Source: a virus. From it: a stretch of 64,000 bases of DNA. Below, piece by piece: positions 34,176-43,695 of the stretch. The stretch is taken from positions 44,442 to 108,441 of the IMG/VR virus record IMGVR_UViG_3300048997_000353; one strand, given 5' to 3'. Both the position numbers and the translations under genes were made by a program. Numbering within the stretch: position 1 is the stretch's first letter; each line of letters opens with the position of its first letter. The notes under the pieces are model-generated. The model saw only the letters and a list, made by a program, of their open reading frames with translations. It did no database searches and was not told the origin of the DNA.

Positions 34176-35949
34176 TTGATTTGGCCTTATTCCACTGCAG
34201 ACCGCACTGCCGGCACTTGAACTGTGAGCCCAGGTCCGCGAGCAACACGGATTTGCATTCTGGACACTTCGGCGTGTTGTCCGACAGCATGATCTTCGCC
34301 AGTTCCAGTGGGTCCATATCCTTGGCTTTCTCTGCGGCGATGAGTGCTGGCGATTTCGGCGGTGTGTTTAGAATCTTCATCTGTCTCTCGATTCCCCCGG
34401 CTTTGTAAAACTCAACTAAACCCAGGACTCCCGGCTTGGCGCCTAACGCATCTTCGGCCAGACAATAGGCCCAAAAGTGATCGGCATGACCATACGTCGC
34501 GTCGTGATCGGCGTCAAATCTACTTTGTCCGGTAAGCGATGTGCTTTTCTTGACGGAGCGGAACGCATACCGAATCTTGTCGGCATCAGGGATGCGAACC
34601 TTCCCTTCGAGCATGCGGTTCTTGGCATGAACGGCTAGGGCTTCTTTGGATTTGAGCGTGAAGTCCACGCCCTCGATGCGGCTACCGAATTCCTCGTGCA
34701 AATCTTCGTACACAGCCAGGCCCATGCCGGTTTTATCAATGCTCATCCGGGCGCACATGGGCATCAGCGCACGCGCCTGGCGTTTCTGTTCCGGTAGCGG
34801 CAAGTTTTCAAACTCAATGACTCCGCGTGTCCAACTGACGTCGCCCACCTCTTCGATAATCCACAACACCGAAAGGTCTCGATTGCGGGCCACGTCCCAG
34901 CCGGCATACAGCTTTTGATTCCACTGACCCATGGGCGGGCCTGTCACCGCGCCGGCATCTACGCAGGCCTGAAACAGTTCTGGCGGAATCCACTGCGCAT
35001 TAATGGCCACAAATGCGCACATGTATTCCTGCATCCACGTATCTTCGTCGAGACAATCCGCGCGAATCTCGGCCAGATCAAGCACTTTGCCAAAACGGTC
35101 TGTGCAGCCCTGCGCGATGGCTTCGACGAGCGTACAGCGATGCGGGGACCAGGCCGGATTCCGGACAACCCCGTCCACCAGCCCGGCATCATTCGCAAGT
35201 TCGTAATAGGTGCCCTGCTGGCCATTCGGCGTGGAAATAATCTTGATGCGATATCCGCGCGTGATCGACGGTGTAATGGCAGCGTAAATTTCTTTGGGAC
35301 TTAACTGGAATCCAAATTCGTCCAGCGTTACATCCCCCTCATATGAACGCGCGGTATCCGGATTGGCCGGCAGCGCAATAATCCGGAAGTTGTCCCCAAA
35401 GCGGACTTCGTGCGTCATGATCGACGTGCCTGGCATGTAGGCATCCACGTATTGAGCAATTACGCCCAGGGCTCGTACATGCGGCGCAACCGAATCTGTG
35501 ATGAACTCTTTGGCCTGGCGCTCTCCGCGAGACAGCACAATGCCCATACTCTTGGACAAGCCGTTTTGTTTTTCTTGCAGACGACTGAGGATTTGATCGA
35601 AGCCTTCCGCGAACGAGAAACCAATACGCCGGGATTTATTCGCTATCTTCCGACGGCTCCGGTCCTCGATCCACCGTTTCTGGTAAGGATAAAGTTGCAG
35701 AAGATTCTTCGGCAGTTCCCGCGCCGGCTTCACTTCCACTTTCGGCGCAGTCGGCGTCGGGGGTAACTTCGATGACTTTGTTGTCCCGCTGGTCGTAGAT
35801 GCGGATTCCGTAGATGGTGGAGATGGCGGCGACGAGATCGCCGGATCCCCCGAGCTTCGCTGAGATTTCGAGTTGCTCTTGTCCGTCCGGACTTTGGAAG
35901 CTGCGGATGACGGGCGGTCCTTCGACTCGGTCGGTGATTTCTCGGGCAA
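34126..35949 (-). CDS. terL: Terminase large subunit (Mu gp28-like); true start probably near 35739
   Basis: YPYQKRW Q-motif, KSRRIGFS Walker A, VTLDEF Walker B, ISTPNG, nuclease motifs AGWDVAR, IDKTGMG and HADHFWA. Confidence 0.93.
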   Translation of the reverse strand: MPEKSPTESKDRPSSAASKVRTDKSNSKSQRSSGDPAISSPPSPPSTESASTTSGTTKSSKLPPTPTAPKVEVKPARELPKNLLQLYPYQKRWIEDRSRRKIANKSRRIGFSFAEGFDQILSRLQEKQNGLSKSMGIVLSRGERQAKEFITDSVAPHVRALGVIAQYVDAYMPGTSIMTHEVRFGDNFRIIALPANPDTARSYEGDVTLDEFGFQLSPKEIYAAITPSITRGYRIKIISTPNGQQGTYYELANDAGLVDGVVRNPAWSPHRCTLVEAIAQGCTDRFGKVLDLAEIRADCLDEDTWMQEYMCAFVAINAQWIPPELFQACVDAGAVTGPPMGQWNQKLYAGWDVARNRDLSVLWIIEEVGDVSWTRGVIEFENLPLPEQKRQARALMPMCARMSIDKTGMGLAVYEDLHEEFGSRIEGVDFTLKSKEALAVHAKNRMLEGKVRIPDADKIRYAFRSVKKSTSLTGQSRFDADHDATYGHADHFWAYCLAEDALGAKPGVLGLVEFYKAGGIERQMKILNTPPKSPALIAAEKAKDMDPLELAKIMLSDNTPKCPECKSVLLADLGSQFKCRQCGLQWNKAKSNGTHPVGGRAAHELRK

Positions 35950-36172
35950 ACGCTATGTTTCCCTTCTGAATCGCCTGGATCAACCCAGCCTTTGCAAAAG
36001 CCACGGCGATTGTATCCCGATTTAAGTCGATTTTCAGCGCACTCAGTTTCTTTTTGAGCAACCGATGATACTGCTTTGTAATGGGCCGGCCCTTCAGGTT
36101 ACCCGATTGACCTGGCTTCCACATACGCGCTGGATTTGCTGATTTACCCTTCGTCCAATCGGGATTCGCCAT
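35636..36172 (-). CDS. terS: Terminase small subunit (DUF5681-like)
   Basis: WKPGQSGNLKGRP...AREITDRVEG; upstream of terL. Confidence 0.8.
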   Translation of the reverse strand: MANPDWTKGKSANPARMWKPGQSGNLKGRPITKQYHRLLKKKLSALKIDLNRDTIAVAFAKAGLIQAIQKGNIAFAREITDRVEGPPVIRSFQSPDGQEQLEISAKLGGSGDLVAAISTIYGIRIYDQRDNKVIEVTPDADCAESGSEAGAGTAEESSATLSLPETVDRGPEPSEDSE

Positions 36173-36233
36173 GGCCCTGTTCTCCGCAACAAGAATTCCT
36201 GATGCTATTCCTGTTCAAATTTGAGTCTAACCG

Positions 36234-36268
36234 AAAAAAAGCGGGCGACCCATACTAAGATCGCCCGC
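36234..36268 (-). terminator. Intrinsic terminator
   Basis: GCGGGCGA/TCGCCCGC stem plus T7. Confidence 0.75.
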
Positions 36269-36292
36269 GTGGACCAGCGTGTGTGGAAGCGA

Positions 36293-36394
36293 CTACCCGC
36301 CCCCTCCGCCTCCGCCGCCCTTGCCTTTCTTGCCGCCACCAGACTTCTTGGCACCGCGGGCTTTCAGTTTCTTCGCTGCTTTCCTCTTGGCCAT
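36293..36394 (-). CDS. 33-aa Lys/Gly-rich basic peptide
   Basis: MAKRKAAKKLKARGAKKSGGGKKGKGGGGGGGG; RBS AAAGGTG; own terminator. Confidence 0.7.
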   Translation of the reverse strand: MAKRKAAKKLKARGAKKSGGGKKGKGGGGGGGG

Positions 36395-36574
36395 AATCAC
36401 ACCTTTCCTCTGATCAGAGCTTCAAGGCCGGAACGCTGAGCGAAATCATACGCTGGCACACTCACACTCACAACGAAAAACACGCGCAGAGGTACACAGG
36501 CGTGCAAGGTTTAGGCTGCGTTGACTCACATACATTGTTGTGCTTTCATTTACACGCGCAAGGAGCGCACAAGG

Positions 36575-36949
36575 ATGCTTTGCTTATCACTGCGAGAACC
36601 GTGGGTCACAGCGATTTTCAAGCTGGGCAAAAACGTAGAGAACCGGACGTGGCGCACGAATTTTCGCGGACAATTAGGTATTCACGTTTCGAGCACAATC
36701 GACACAGAACAGATGATGCGGCTCGGCCTAAAACGCGCTGACCTGTTTCCCCTGGGCCACGTGGTGGGATTCGTGGAACTGTACGATATCGTGTCGGCCG
36801 CCAATAGCAAATGGGCAATAGAAGATCAATGGCATTGGCTGATTCGCACGCCCATCAAGATTCGGCCGGTCCGCTGGCGGGGACAGTTGAATTTATTTCA
36901 GGCGCAGGTAGCGGCGATTCCGTTGCGCTTAAACGGCCCTTTGCAATAA
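36575..36949 (+). CDS. ASCH domain protein
   Basis: LSLREPW...GKNVENRTWRTNFRGQLGIH; AAGGAG RBS. Confidence 0.85.
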   Translation: MLCLSLREPWVTAIFKLGKNVENRTWRTNFRGQLGIHVSSTIDTEQMMRLGLKRADLFPLGHVVGFVELYDIVSAANSKWAIEDQWHWLIRTPIKIRPVRWRGQLNLFQAQVAAIPLRLNGPLQ

Positions 36950-37640
36950 GCTGCCTGAAATCCACCCCACTCTGATAGCGATTCTCCGGCAAGCAATTCT
37001 CCTTCAAGAAATTGTCACAGTCCTGGGCATTGCGAAACACGACAACCACATAATAATCCTCGCGACTGGCCTCCTTGATCTTGGCATCGAGCGCCGTGTA
37101 GGAGTCGGCGAGCATACGTGCTTTGTCGGCGAGCTCGTCCAGGCGGTCGGTGCCATCGAGCCAGATATCTTCGCCGAAGGTGTGGAACATATCGTCGCGC
37201 TCAAATCCGGCTGATTCCAGATCGAAACCCTCGGTGAGCAACAGGCCTTTTAATTCGGGCAAGAGCCAGTCGCCCTGGGCATTGGGATTGTTGAGCAGGA
37301 CGTTTAATTCCTTCTCGCGCAACTCTTCGACGTCGATGGCAGCGACGCGCAAGCGATATTTAGACGTGCCGGCCAGGGTATCCAGCGCAATCAGGCGCTG
37401 ATGCCCGCCTACAACGCGGCCGGTCCGACGATTCCAGGTGATAGGAGAGACCATGCCGTGCCGTTTGAGTCCTTCGCGCAGCTTCCGCTTTTCCTGATCG
37501 GTCATGACGCGCGGATTGTACTCAGCGTTGGAGATGGCGGAGCGGTCCACTTCCACGATTTCATAATTCTCTAATCCCAGGCTAGCGAGAGTCTTGACCT
37601 GCTCTTGCTCGGATTCGGCAGACTTTTTCTTTTTCGACAT
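36855..37640 (-). CDS. ParB/Srx N-terminal domain protein
   Basis: AEYNPR...VVGGHQRL. Confidence 0.85.
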   Translation of the reverse strand: MSKKKKSAESEQEQVKTLASLGLENYEIVEVDRSAISNAEYNPRVMTDQEKRKLREGLKRHGMVSPITWNRRTGRVVGGHQRLIALDTLAGTSKYRLRVAAIDVEELREKELNVLLNNPNAQGDWLLPELKGLLLTEGFDLESAGFERDDMFHTFGEDIWLDGTDRLDELADKARMLADSYTALDAKIKEASREDYYVVVVFRNAQDCDNFLKENCLPENRYQSGVDFRQLIAKGRLSATESPLPAPEINSTVPASGPAES

Positions 37641-38329
37641 CACGGGCGCCCTCCTGGGCTTGGCACACTGTAAAACTTGCGTTTCCAAATGGCCGCTTCC
37701 GCAAACGGAAAATACTGGCACAGCTTTCTGAAATCGTTGGGGAACGTGTCATGGAGCCAGAACAAGGACCGGTCCGTGAGATCGATCCCACTCGTATCGC
37801 CGGCGGACGGCGGCAACGGAATATTGTGCAGCCGTAGATAATTGAGCACATCGAAACGATTCCAGTCGGCCAGGGGATGCACAACATCGCTGTTGCGGGC
37901 GATGGTCATGAGCCAGCGGCGTGACGCGGAATCCGATTTTTTCTGGCCGGTCATAATCAGGCGCGTGTTCGTGTCCGACATGGCCAGCACGTACACGTCC
38001 CGCAACTTGTATTCCTTAATGGCATCGCGGCGAAAGCTGGGATGGCAATAGATGCCGTTGCTGATAAACCGCGAAGCATTCCAGTGCGGATACAGGCGAA
38101 TCTTGATGCCCCACTTCTGCTCGGCTTGCTGCATGGCCACGTCCACGCATTCGAGTCCGGGAATCAAATACATGAAAAAGGCCTCGACCCGCTTAAATGA
38201 ACGCAGGCACAGATCCATGACGGCGCGGCTGTCCTTGCCGTCACTATAGGAAATCAGGACGGACTCGTAGCGGTCGGCATAGCTTTTGACGTTTGCAATT
38301 GCATCGTTAATGACGGTGGTGGTGGCCAT
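37640..38329 (-). CDS. PAPS-reductase-family (PP-loop) protein
   Basis: ISYSDGKDS, TGQKKSDSASRR, HPLADW. Confidence 0.85.
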   Translation of the reverse strand: MATTTVINDAIANVKSYADRYESVLISYSDGKDSRAVMDLCLRSFKRVEAFFMYLIPGLECVDVAMQQAEQKWGIKIRLYPHWNASRFISNGIYCHPSFRRDAIKEYKLRDVYVLAMSDTNTRLIMTGQKKSDSASRRWLMTIARNSDVVHPLADWNRFDVLNYLRLHNIPLPPSAGDTSGIDLTDRSLFWLHDTFPNDFRKLCQYFPFAEAAIWKRKFYSVPSPGGRP

Positions 38330-38550
38330 GCGGGCAGTCTACCTGAAATTAAAACGCCCTGCGATGGTCAAACCACCGAAGGCAGGGCGTTTGGGTTGTG
38401 TCCTAAACTGAGGGTTCTCTCTGGAACGCCGGAAGTATCACACGAATATTTAAGCAAAGAAGAGAATATTTCCGGGGCGGTTCCCAGTCCGATACCTCAT
38501 TCCGCCCCGGCTCGGCAATCCCTCTAGCTAAGTGCACCGGACTATACAGC

Positions 38551-38868
38551 ATGGTTGAGATGAAAACAACTCAACGGGAAACTGATATATTCTGTCCGCA
38601 AATGGACCTACACATTTTGCAAGCGCAGTTAAGACGCACCAGACAAGCAGGCGCAAAATGGAGGGCACACCACCCTCAACTCGCCTTCTCTGCTCGAAAT
38701 GCTGTCCGACGTGCCCGCGATTCCGGGCGATTGAAACCTAAACTGTGCGCTGTTTGTGGCGAACAAGGCACGGTTGCCCACCATGCCGACTATTCGAAGC
38801 CACTAAAGATCGTTTGGCTGTGCGTCAAAGACCATACACAGGTTCATCACGCCGTATCAAAAAGATAA
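38551..38868 (+). CDS. HNH-like Zn-binding protein
   Basis: CAVCG...AHHADYSKPLKIVWLCVKDH. Confidence 0.7.
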   Translation: MVEMKTTQRETDIFCPQMDLHILQAQLRRTRQAGAKWRAHHPQLAFSARNAVRRARDSGRLKPKLCAVCGEQGTVAHHADYSKPLKIVWLCVKDHTQVHHAVSKR

Positions 38869-38966
38869 CAATTTCAGCCATTTGGCCGTACATAGTTAAG
38901 CAACGAAACAAAGGCGAAGGCTTGGCTAGACAGTGCTCCAAAACATGCTTGGCAGGAAAATAAGAC

Positions 38967-38995
38967 TTGCTCCGTAACATGGCCTGTAGGATAAT
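38967..38995 (+). promoter_or_regulatory. Possible sigma70 promoter at the start of the rightward arm
   Basis: TTGCTC-17-GATAAT in an AT-rich context. Confidence 0.45.
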
Positions 38996-39039
38996 TACGT
39001 TAATGATATGCGTTAACTATATGAGAGAAAACATATAGG

Positions 39040-39480
39040 GACTTAAGCCGGACGCCAGCAGGGACCGGAACAGGGGTTCAACGCATTAGATTCCAGAGCA
39101 AAGTTAGGATGTGGCCTTGAGCCGATGATTCCTACTAACTTCCGCGATGTGGCCCCGCGCCGAATTCGGGATGGTCCTCTGGAGTTGATTAGGTTCCTAC
39201 AGAATAGCTCTATGGTTTGTTGTCCTATCGCTGACCATAGTGAAGGAAAGCCAATTCCTCTACCTGTACACAATCCACGGACGAAAGAAGATGCCTAAGT
39301 CAGATGAAGCGCAATCGGATAGCGCGGAATTATCCGTCCGACGCGTAGAACGGTAAGTCTACGCCACAACAGATTTTGCAGATGGACTCCGGTCAGGACC
39401 GCCGAGAAAGCGGAACCCGCAGGCTACACGCTAGGCAAACCGGAGTTAATGCACACGGTCCGTCCAAAGTCGGACCAAAT
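39040..39480 (+). ncRNA. Candidate large structured RNA, about 440 nt
   Basis: No convincing ORF; stems AAGTTAG/CTAACTT, CTATGGT/ACCATAG, CGGATA/TATCCG, GCGTAGA/TCTACGC, ACTCCGG/CCGGAGT, GGTCCG/CGGACC. Confidence 0.45.
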
Positions 39481-39511
39481 TTTGGTGGTGGACGCCAAGG
39501 AGAATCAGACC

Positions 39512-39913
39512 ATGCAATCGCGACACGTCAAGGATCAAGGTATGAACTGGATTCGCAAGGAAAAGCGCCTGGCTATTTATCTGCGTGACGGTCTGGCCTG
39601 CGTGTATTGCGGCCAGAGTGTTGAGGATGGCGTGCAATTAACGCTCGATCATCTGATCTGCTACAAGCACCGCGGCACCAATCACGAATCCAATCTCGTG
39701 ACGGCTTGCCTTCAGTGCAATTCCTCGCGCGGTGCACGGCCCTGGAAACTGTTTGCCAAGAAAGTGGCCGGATACATCAACCACGGCGTCACAGCCAAGC
39801 AAATCGTTAGCTTCATTAGCAAAACGATTGCGCGGCCGCTGGACGTGAAAGCGGCCCAGAAACTAATTGCAAGGCGCGGGGGATTCGTCAAGGCTGTGTA
39901 CGGCAAGCGGTAG
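39512..39913 (+). CDS. HNH endonuclease
   Basis: RDGLACVYCG...LTLDHL...NHESNLVTACLQCNSSRG. Confidence 0.9.
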   Translation: MQSRHVKDQGMNWIRKEKRLAIYLRDGLACVYCGQSVEDGVQLTLDHLICYKHRGTNHESNLVTACLQCNSSRGARPWKLFAKKVAGYINHGVTAKQIVSFISKTIARPLDVKAAQKLIARRGGFVKAVYGKR

Positions 39914-40351
39914 GGTTGACAACGTAACTCAAATCTGATTTAAAGGAGCTACGCCAATGCACAACGAAACGCAACGGCAATACCGGGAGCACCGCCGACA
40001 ACTGACGATGGCGGCAATCCTGATTCTGACTGCCGGATTTTCCCTCTTCATTACCGTGCACCATTCGCAGGACGCAGTAATGCAGCACATCGCAAAAATC
40101 CTCAAGTAACCAGTCTGCCCGTAACTGGCACGGCGAAGCCAGTTCAATAGGAGAATGACCATGACCGCGACCATGACCGCGAGCACTGGTGTGACCGTGA
40201 ACGGAATGCCGCTCCAGCAATATCTCGGAATTGCCGAACGGGCCGAAGTGGATTTTGGCGATGGCAAGAGCCGTGAGATTCAGAAGTTTTTCCGCGACGA
40301 AATCAGGATGATGCGGCGCCCTGGGCTGCGGCTCCAGAAGGCGGTGCAATC

Positions 40352-40789
40352 GTGACACCTGAACTGCCGAAAGACATACTGGCTTCCGATCTGGAACGCG
40401 TGAAGGCGCCACAGTCTGTGTACAAAACAAACCGGGCCTACAAAGCATTCTTCGGCAAACCGGAACACAAGATCGTGGCCGAATTCGAAATGTGGTATTG
40501 CAACGGCATGGGCTGGGTGATCCCGACGCTGTTGATCCGCACGACGCGGCGAATGGACCGCGCAAACCGAACCTACGCCACTTCCCTTAACGGCCATCAG
40601 TGCCGCGTGGGAATGGGGCCGCATGTGCTCCGGCAAGTGACGGTGTATGTCCGCGCAACACGGCAATCTGCCTTGCAAAAGTATCTGGACCTGAAACTGA
40701 AAGGCGAGCAAGACTCCAATCAGATCAGGGACAGAATCTCTACCCGCCGTGCGATGGGGACGATGCGGCGTTCAATCTACGGTTTCTAG
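40352..40789 (+). CDS. Hypothetical basic protein
   Basis: ORF coupled to 40155-40355. Confidence 0.6.
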   Translation: MTPELPKDILASDLERVKAPQSVYKTNRAYKAFFGKPEHKIVAEFEMWYCNGMGWVIPTLLIRTTRRMDRANRTYATSLNGHQCRVGMGPHVLRQVTVYVRATRQSALQKYLDLKLKGEQDSNQIRDRISTRRAMGTMRRSIYGF

Positions 40790-41174
40790 GGTACAGGCTA
40801 GACGTTAGGCGCTTGGGACACTCTCAAAACAGGCTCAAAACACAGTAAAAACCCAATGAATTAGGGCTGTTTTTGAGGGTATAGGGCAAAGGTAGCAGGA
40901 TTGCTGCAAGATGGCTGTAATAGGCTGCAAACGGGCATAGCTACAGGCTAGGTTATGGCACACGACAAGGAGAATACATGCAGACTACAGGCAAGGCGAG
41001 CAAGAAGCCAGTCGGACAGAGGGTCCGCGAGACGCTGATTCAAATTCAAATCCTCTGCGCACGCGGCGCACCGCTCGACAAGATCTGGGAAGTGGCAGAG
41101 CAAGGCATCGAGAAAAGCAATTCGCGACACTGAAAGTCGTGGTGGACGAACATTCGCAAAAGGAGAATGGACCA

Positions 41175-41684
41175 ATGGCTATCGGAACGTGGGACGACTT
41201 CACCGACAAGTTTGGATTCCAAGATGGCGCTGGCGTAGAGGATACCGACTTCCGCGCTCGCGCCGTGCTGGTCAAGAAGCTGAACGATCACCCGGTCATG
41301 CAGAAAGCGAAAATCACGGCGGTCGAATATGATCGGCCTGGAATGCACAACCCCTGCATGATCCTACTGTTCAAGAATCCGAATCGACTCACAGCCAAGC
41401 AATTGCTAAAGAAATTCCTAGTGGAAGCGGACTTCATCGAGACTGAACTTCCCGAGGACGACGTGGACGTGAACGAAATGATTTCGGAAGCCTACGCTTC
41501 GGTCATGCCTACCAACCCTCAACTTTCCGGCCGCGAACTGGCAACGGTCCTCGCGGCGCTCCGCGCTTGGCAGCGGATTAAGGATTGCAATTACACCGTG
41601 AAAGATTTCGCGGATTATTTCCACGATCACAAGCCGCTGTCGCCAAAACAGATTGACCGCCTCTGCGAACGCATCAACCGATAA
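41175..41684 (+). CDS. Hypothetical protein
   Basis: Extended RBS cassette; C-terminal RELATVLAALRAWQ...QIDRLCERIN domain. Confidence 0.7.
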   Translation: MAIGTWDDFTDKFGFQDGAGVEDTDFRARAVLVKKLNDHPVMQKAKITAVEYDRPGMHNPCMILLFKNPNRLTAKQLLKKFLVEADFIETELPEDDVDVNEMISEAYASVMPTNPQLSGRELATVLAALRAWQRIKDCNYTVKDFADYFHDHKPLSPKQIDRLCERINR

Positions 41685-41739
41685 CCGATACGCAACGGAC
41701 CGCGTGGAAGGGCCGGGGACAAAAAGGAGAATCGAGACC

Positions 41740-42873
41740 ATGAAAAGCATAAGCCTGTACTACTCTGACCTAGCGATGGGTGGGAGTTCAGACAAGGAAT
41801 ATCACCTACAGATCGAATTGATTTTGGGAAGCGGCTATATGGTGAACTTCCAATATGGCCGGCGGGGCGGCACCATGCAGCCGGGCACGAAAACTCCGAG
41901 ACCTGTCCCCGAGGCCGAGGCCAGGCGCATCTTCGATCGACTCGTGGCCGAGAAAACCGGAAAGGGTTACGCTCCGGGTCAATCAAGGAACACAGCCGTG
42001 CAGCCGTCGCCCAGCCGTCTCAAGGATGATCCCGACGCAATGGAAGCGGCAATTACAACTGCGCAAGCGATCCGCACAAAGTATCCCGTCGAGAAGCTGG
42101 GCGAGATTGGCCTGAACGACGTGGAGCGGTTCTTGACGTCTGCCAATTACTTCATGCAGCGGAAAGAAGATGGCGAACGCAGGCAGATTGCCAAGACCGA
42201 AGCGGGCGTCGTCGGCTACAACAAGCTGGGCAACGCCGTTGAACTGCCGCGCGTTCTCGTGGCGGAAATTAATCGCCTCAACATGCGGACACTGTTTCTG
42301 GATGGCGAGATCATCGGAGATCGGTACATCGCGTGGGACCTGCTCATGGCCGATGGCGTCAGCATCGCGTCACAGGCCTACGAAACCCGGCTCGCCAAAC
42401 TCACGAAGCTGATTCCCGCGAAAAATAAACTGCTGTCCATCGTGCCGACCTGGGACAAGACAGCGCAGAAGCAAGGTGCCCTCGCATTGCTCAAGAAAAA
42501 CCGTGGCGAAGGCGTGGCCTTCAAACTCAAAACAGCGCCGTATCGCGCTGGGATTGGTTCCCACAAGAAATTCAAGTTTCTCAAATCCGCAAGCTGCTAC
42601 GTGTCCGCGGTTGGCATCAACGGCAAAAGCAACGCGGAACTTTCCTTGCTGGACGACCGCACCGGCGAGTGGGTGGAAGTGGCGCACGCATCCACGATCG
42701 GCAAAGGCAAAATCGAGAAGGGCATGATCGTTGAAGTAATTTTCCTCAACGCTACAGCCGGCAGGCGGCTCTACCAACCTCGGATTAAAGAAGTCCGGGA
42801 AGACGTGGACCTATATGACTGCACCATATCCCGTCAACTCAAACCGGAAGTATTCAAAGAAGGCGTGCAGTGA
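41740..42873 (+). CDS. WGR-domain ATP-dependent DNA ligase
   Basis: SSDKEY...YGRRG...KTGKGY (WGR domain); RKEDGER motif I, LDGEI, AWDLL, GEGVAFK, KKFKF; OB-fold with LYQPR. Confidence 0.88.
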   Translation: MKSISLYYSDLAMGGSSDKEYHLQIELILGSGYMVNFQYGRRGGTMQPGTKTPRPVPEAEARRIFDRLVAEKTGKGYAPGQSRNTAVQPSPSRLKDDPDAMEAAITTAQAIRTKYPVEKLGEIGLNDVERFLTSANYFMQRKEDGERRQIAKTEAGVVGYNKLGNAVELPRVLVAEINRLNMRTLFLDGEIIGDRYIAWDLLMADGVSIASQAYETRLAKLTKLIPAKNKLLSIVPTWDKTAQKQGALALLKKNRGEGVAFKLKTAPYRAGIGSHKKFKFLKSASCYVSAVGINGKSNAELSLLDDRTGEWVEVAHASTIGKGKIEKGMIVEVIFLNATAGRRLYQPRIKEVREDVDLYDCTISRQLKPEVFKEGVQ

Positions 42874-42997
42874 AGGCCGTCCTTCTACTTCTCGTGCTCA
42901 CGCCAGCCGATGATGTGATCGTGCTGGCCCTGCTGTGGCTCGCCAAACATTTTTTGCATCACTGAAAGTCGTGGTGGACCAAAAAGGAGAATCGACC

Positions 42998-43285
42998 ATG
43001 TGCAGCAACTGCGATTACGATTGGGAGCCAGACTTCGATAGCCAAGTCGAAGAGGAACGGTTGGTCGTGCTCGACCAGCAAAATCTGTGCGTCTGCGAAC
43101 AGCCCGGACACTTTAATTCCGGTGTCCCCGGCGTGCTGGCGCATCTTGAGAATGGGAAACTGGCGGGCCGCGTCGAGCGGTGCGACCAGTGCAAAAGATA
43201 TGACACCGATCAGGATGCGCGGTATGCTTTCTTCTCCGCGTACAACAATCCCCTGTTCTACGGACATAACAAGGAGGCCGCATGA
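42998..43285 (+). CDS. Cys-rich hypothetical protein
   Basis: Extended RBS cassette. Confidence 0.65.
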   Translation: MCSNCDYDWEPDFDSQVEEERLVVLDQQNLCVCEQPGHFNSGVPGVLAHLENGKLAGRVERCDQCKRYDTDQDARYAFFSAYNNPLFYGHNKEAA

Positions 43286-43653
43286 CATTTCGGGACCCGC
43301 TATCGCAGAAAGCCGAATTGCACTGCGACTTCTGCGATGTACCGAACCCTGAACCCAGCAAAACCTACGCGTGTCAATCCTTCGACACGATGGCGGTGCT
43401 TACTGGCGCACGCGTGATTGAGCCGGCAAGGTTCGCCGGAACGCCAATCAAACTCATGTCGAGCGTTGGCTCATGGCTCGCGTGCCAGACCTGCGCCGCC
43501 TTGATCGACGCCAACGATATAGACGGACTCACAGACCGCGCCGTCGAGCACCTGTCGAGTCCAACCGAAACGCCGGAGCAAACTGAATTCCTCCGGCAGT
43601 TCATGCGGCGTCAGAATGAACAGTTCATGAAACTCAGACTCGCGATTCAGTAA
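43282..43653 (+). CDS. Zn-binding hypothetical protein
   Basis: CDFC...WLACQTCAALI. Confidence 0.7.
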   Translation: MTFRDPLSQKAELHCDFCDVPNPEPSKTYACQSFDTMAVLTGARVIEPARFAGTPIKLMSSVGSWLACQTCAALIDANDIDGLTDRAVEHLSSPTETPEQTEFLRQFMRRQNEQFMKLRLAIQ

Positions 43654-43695
43654 AAACGGGCCGGTACGTCAAAACTAAAAAGGAGAATCAAGACC

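Noticed and set aside
39040-39913. IscB/omega-RNA (HEARO) locus
   Set aside because: The HNH protein is only 133 aa, with no PLMP or RuvC segments; kept only as a generic ncRNA candidate.
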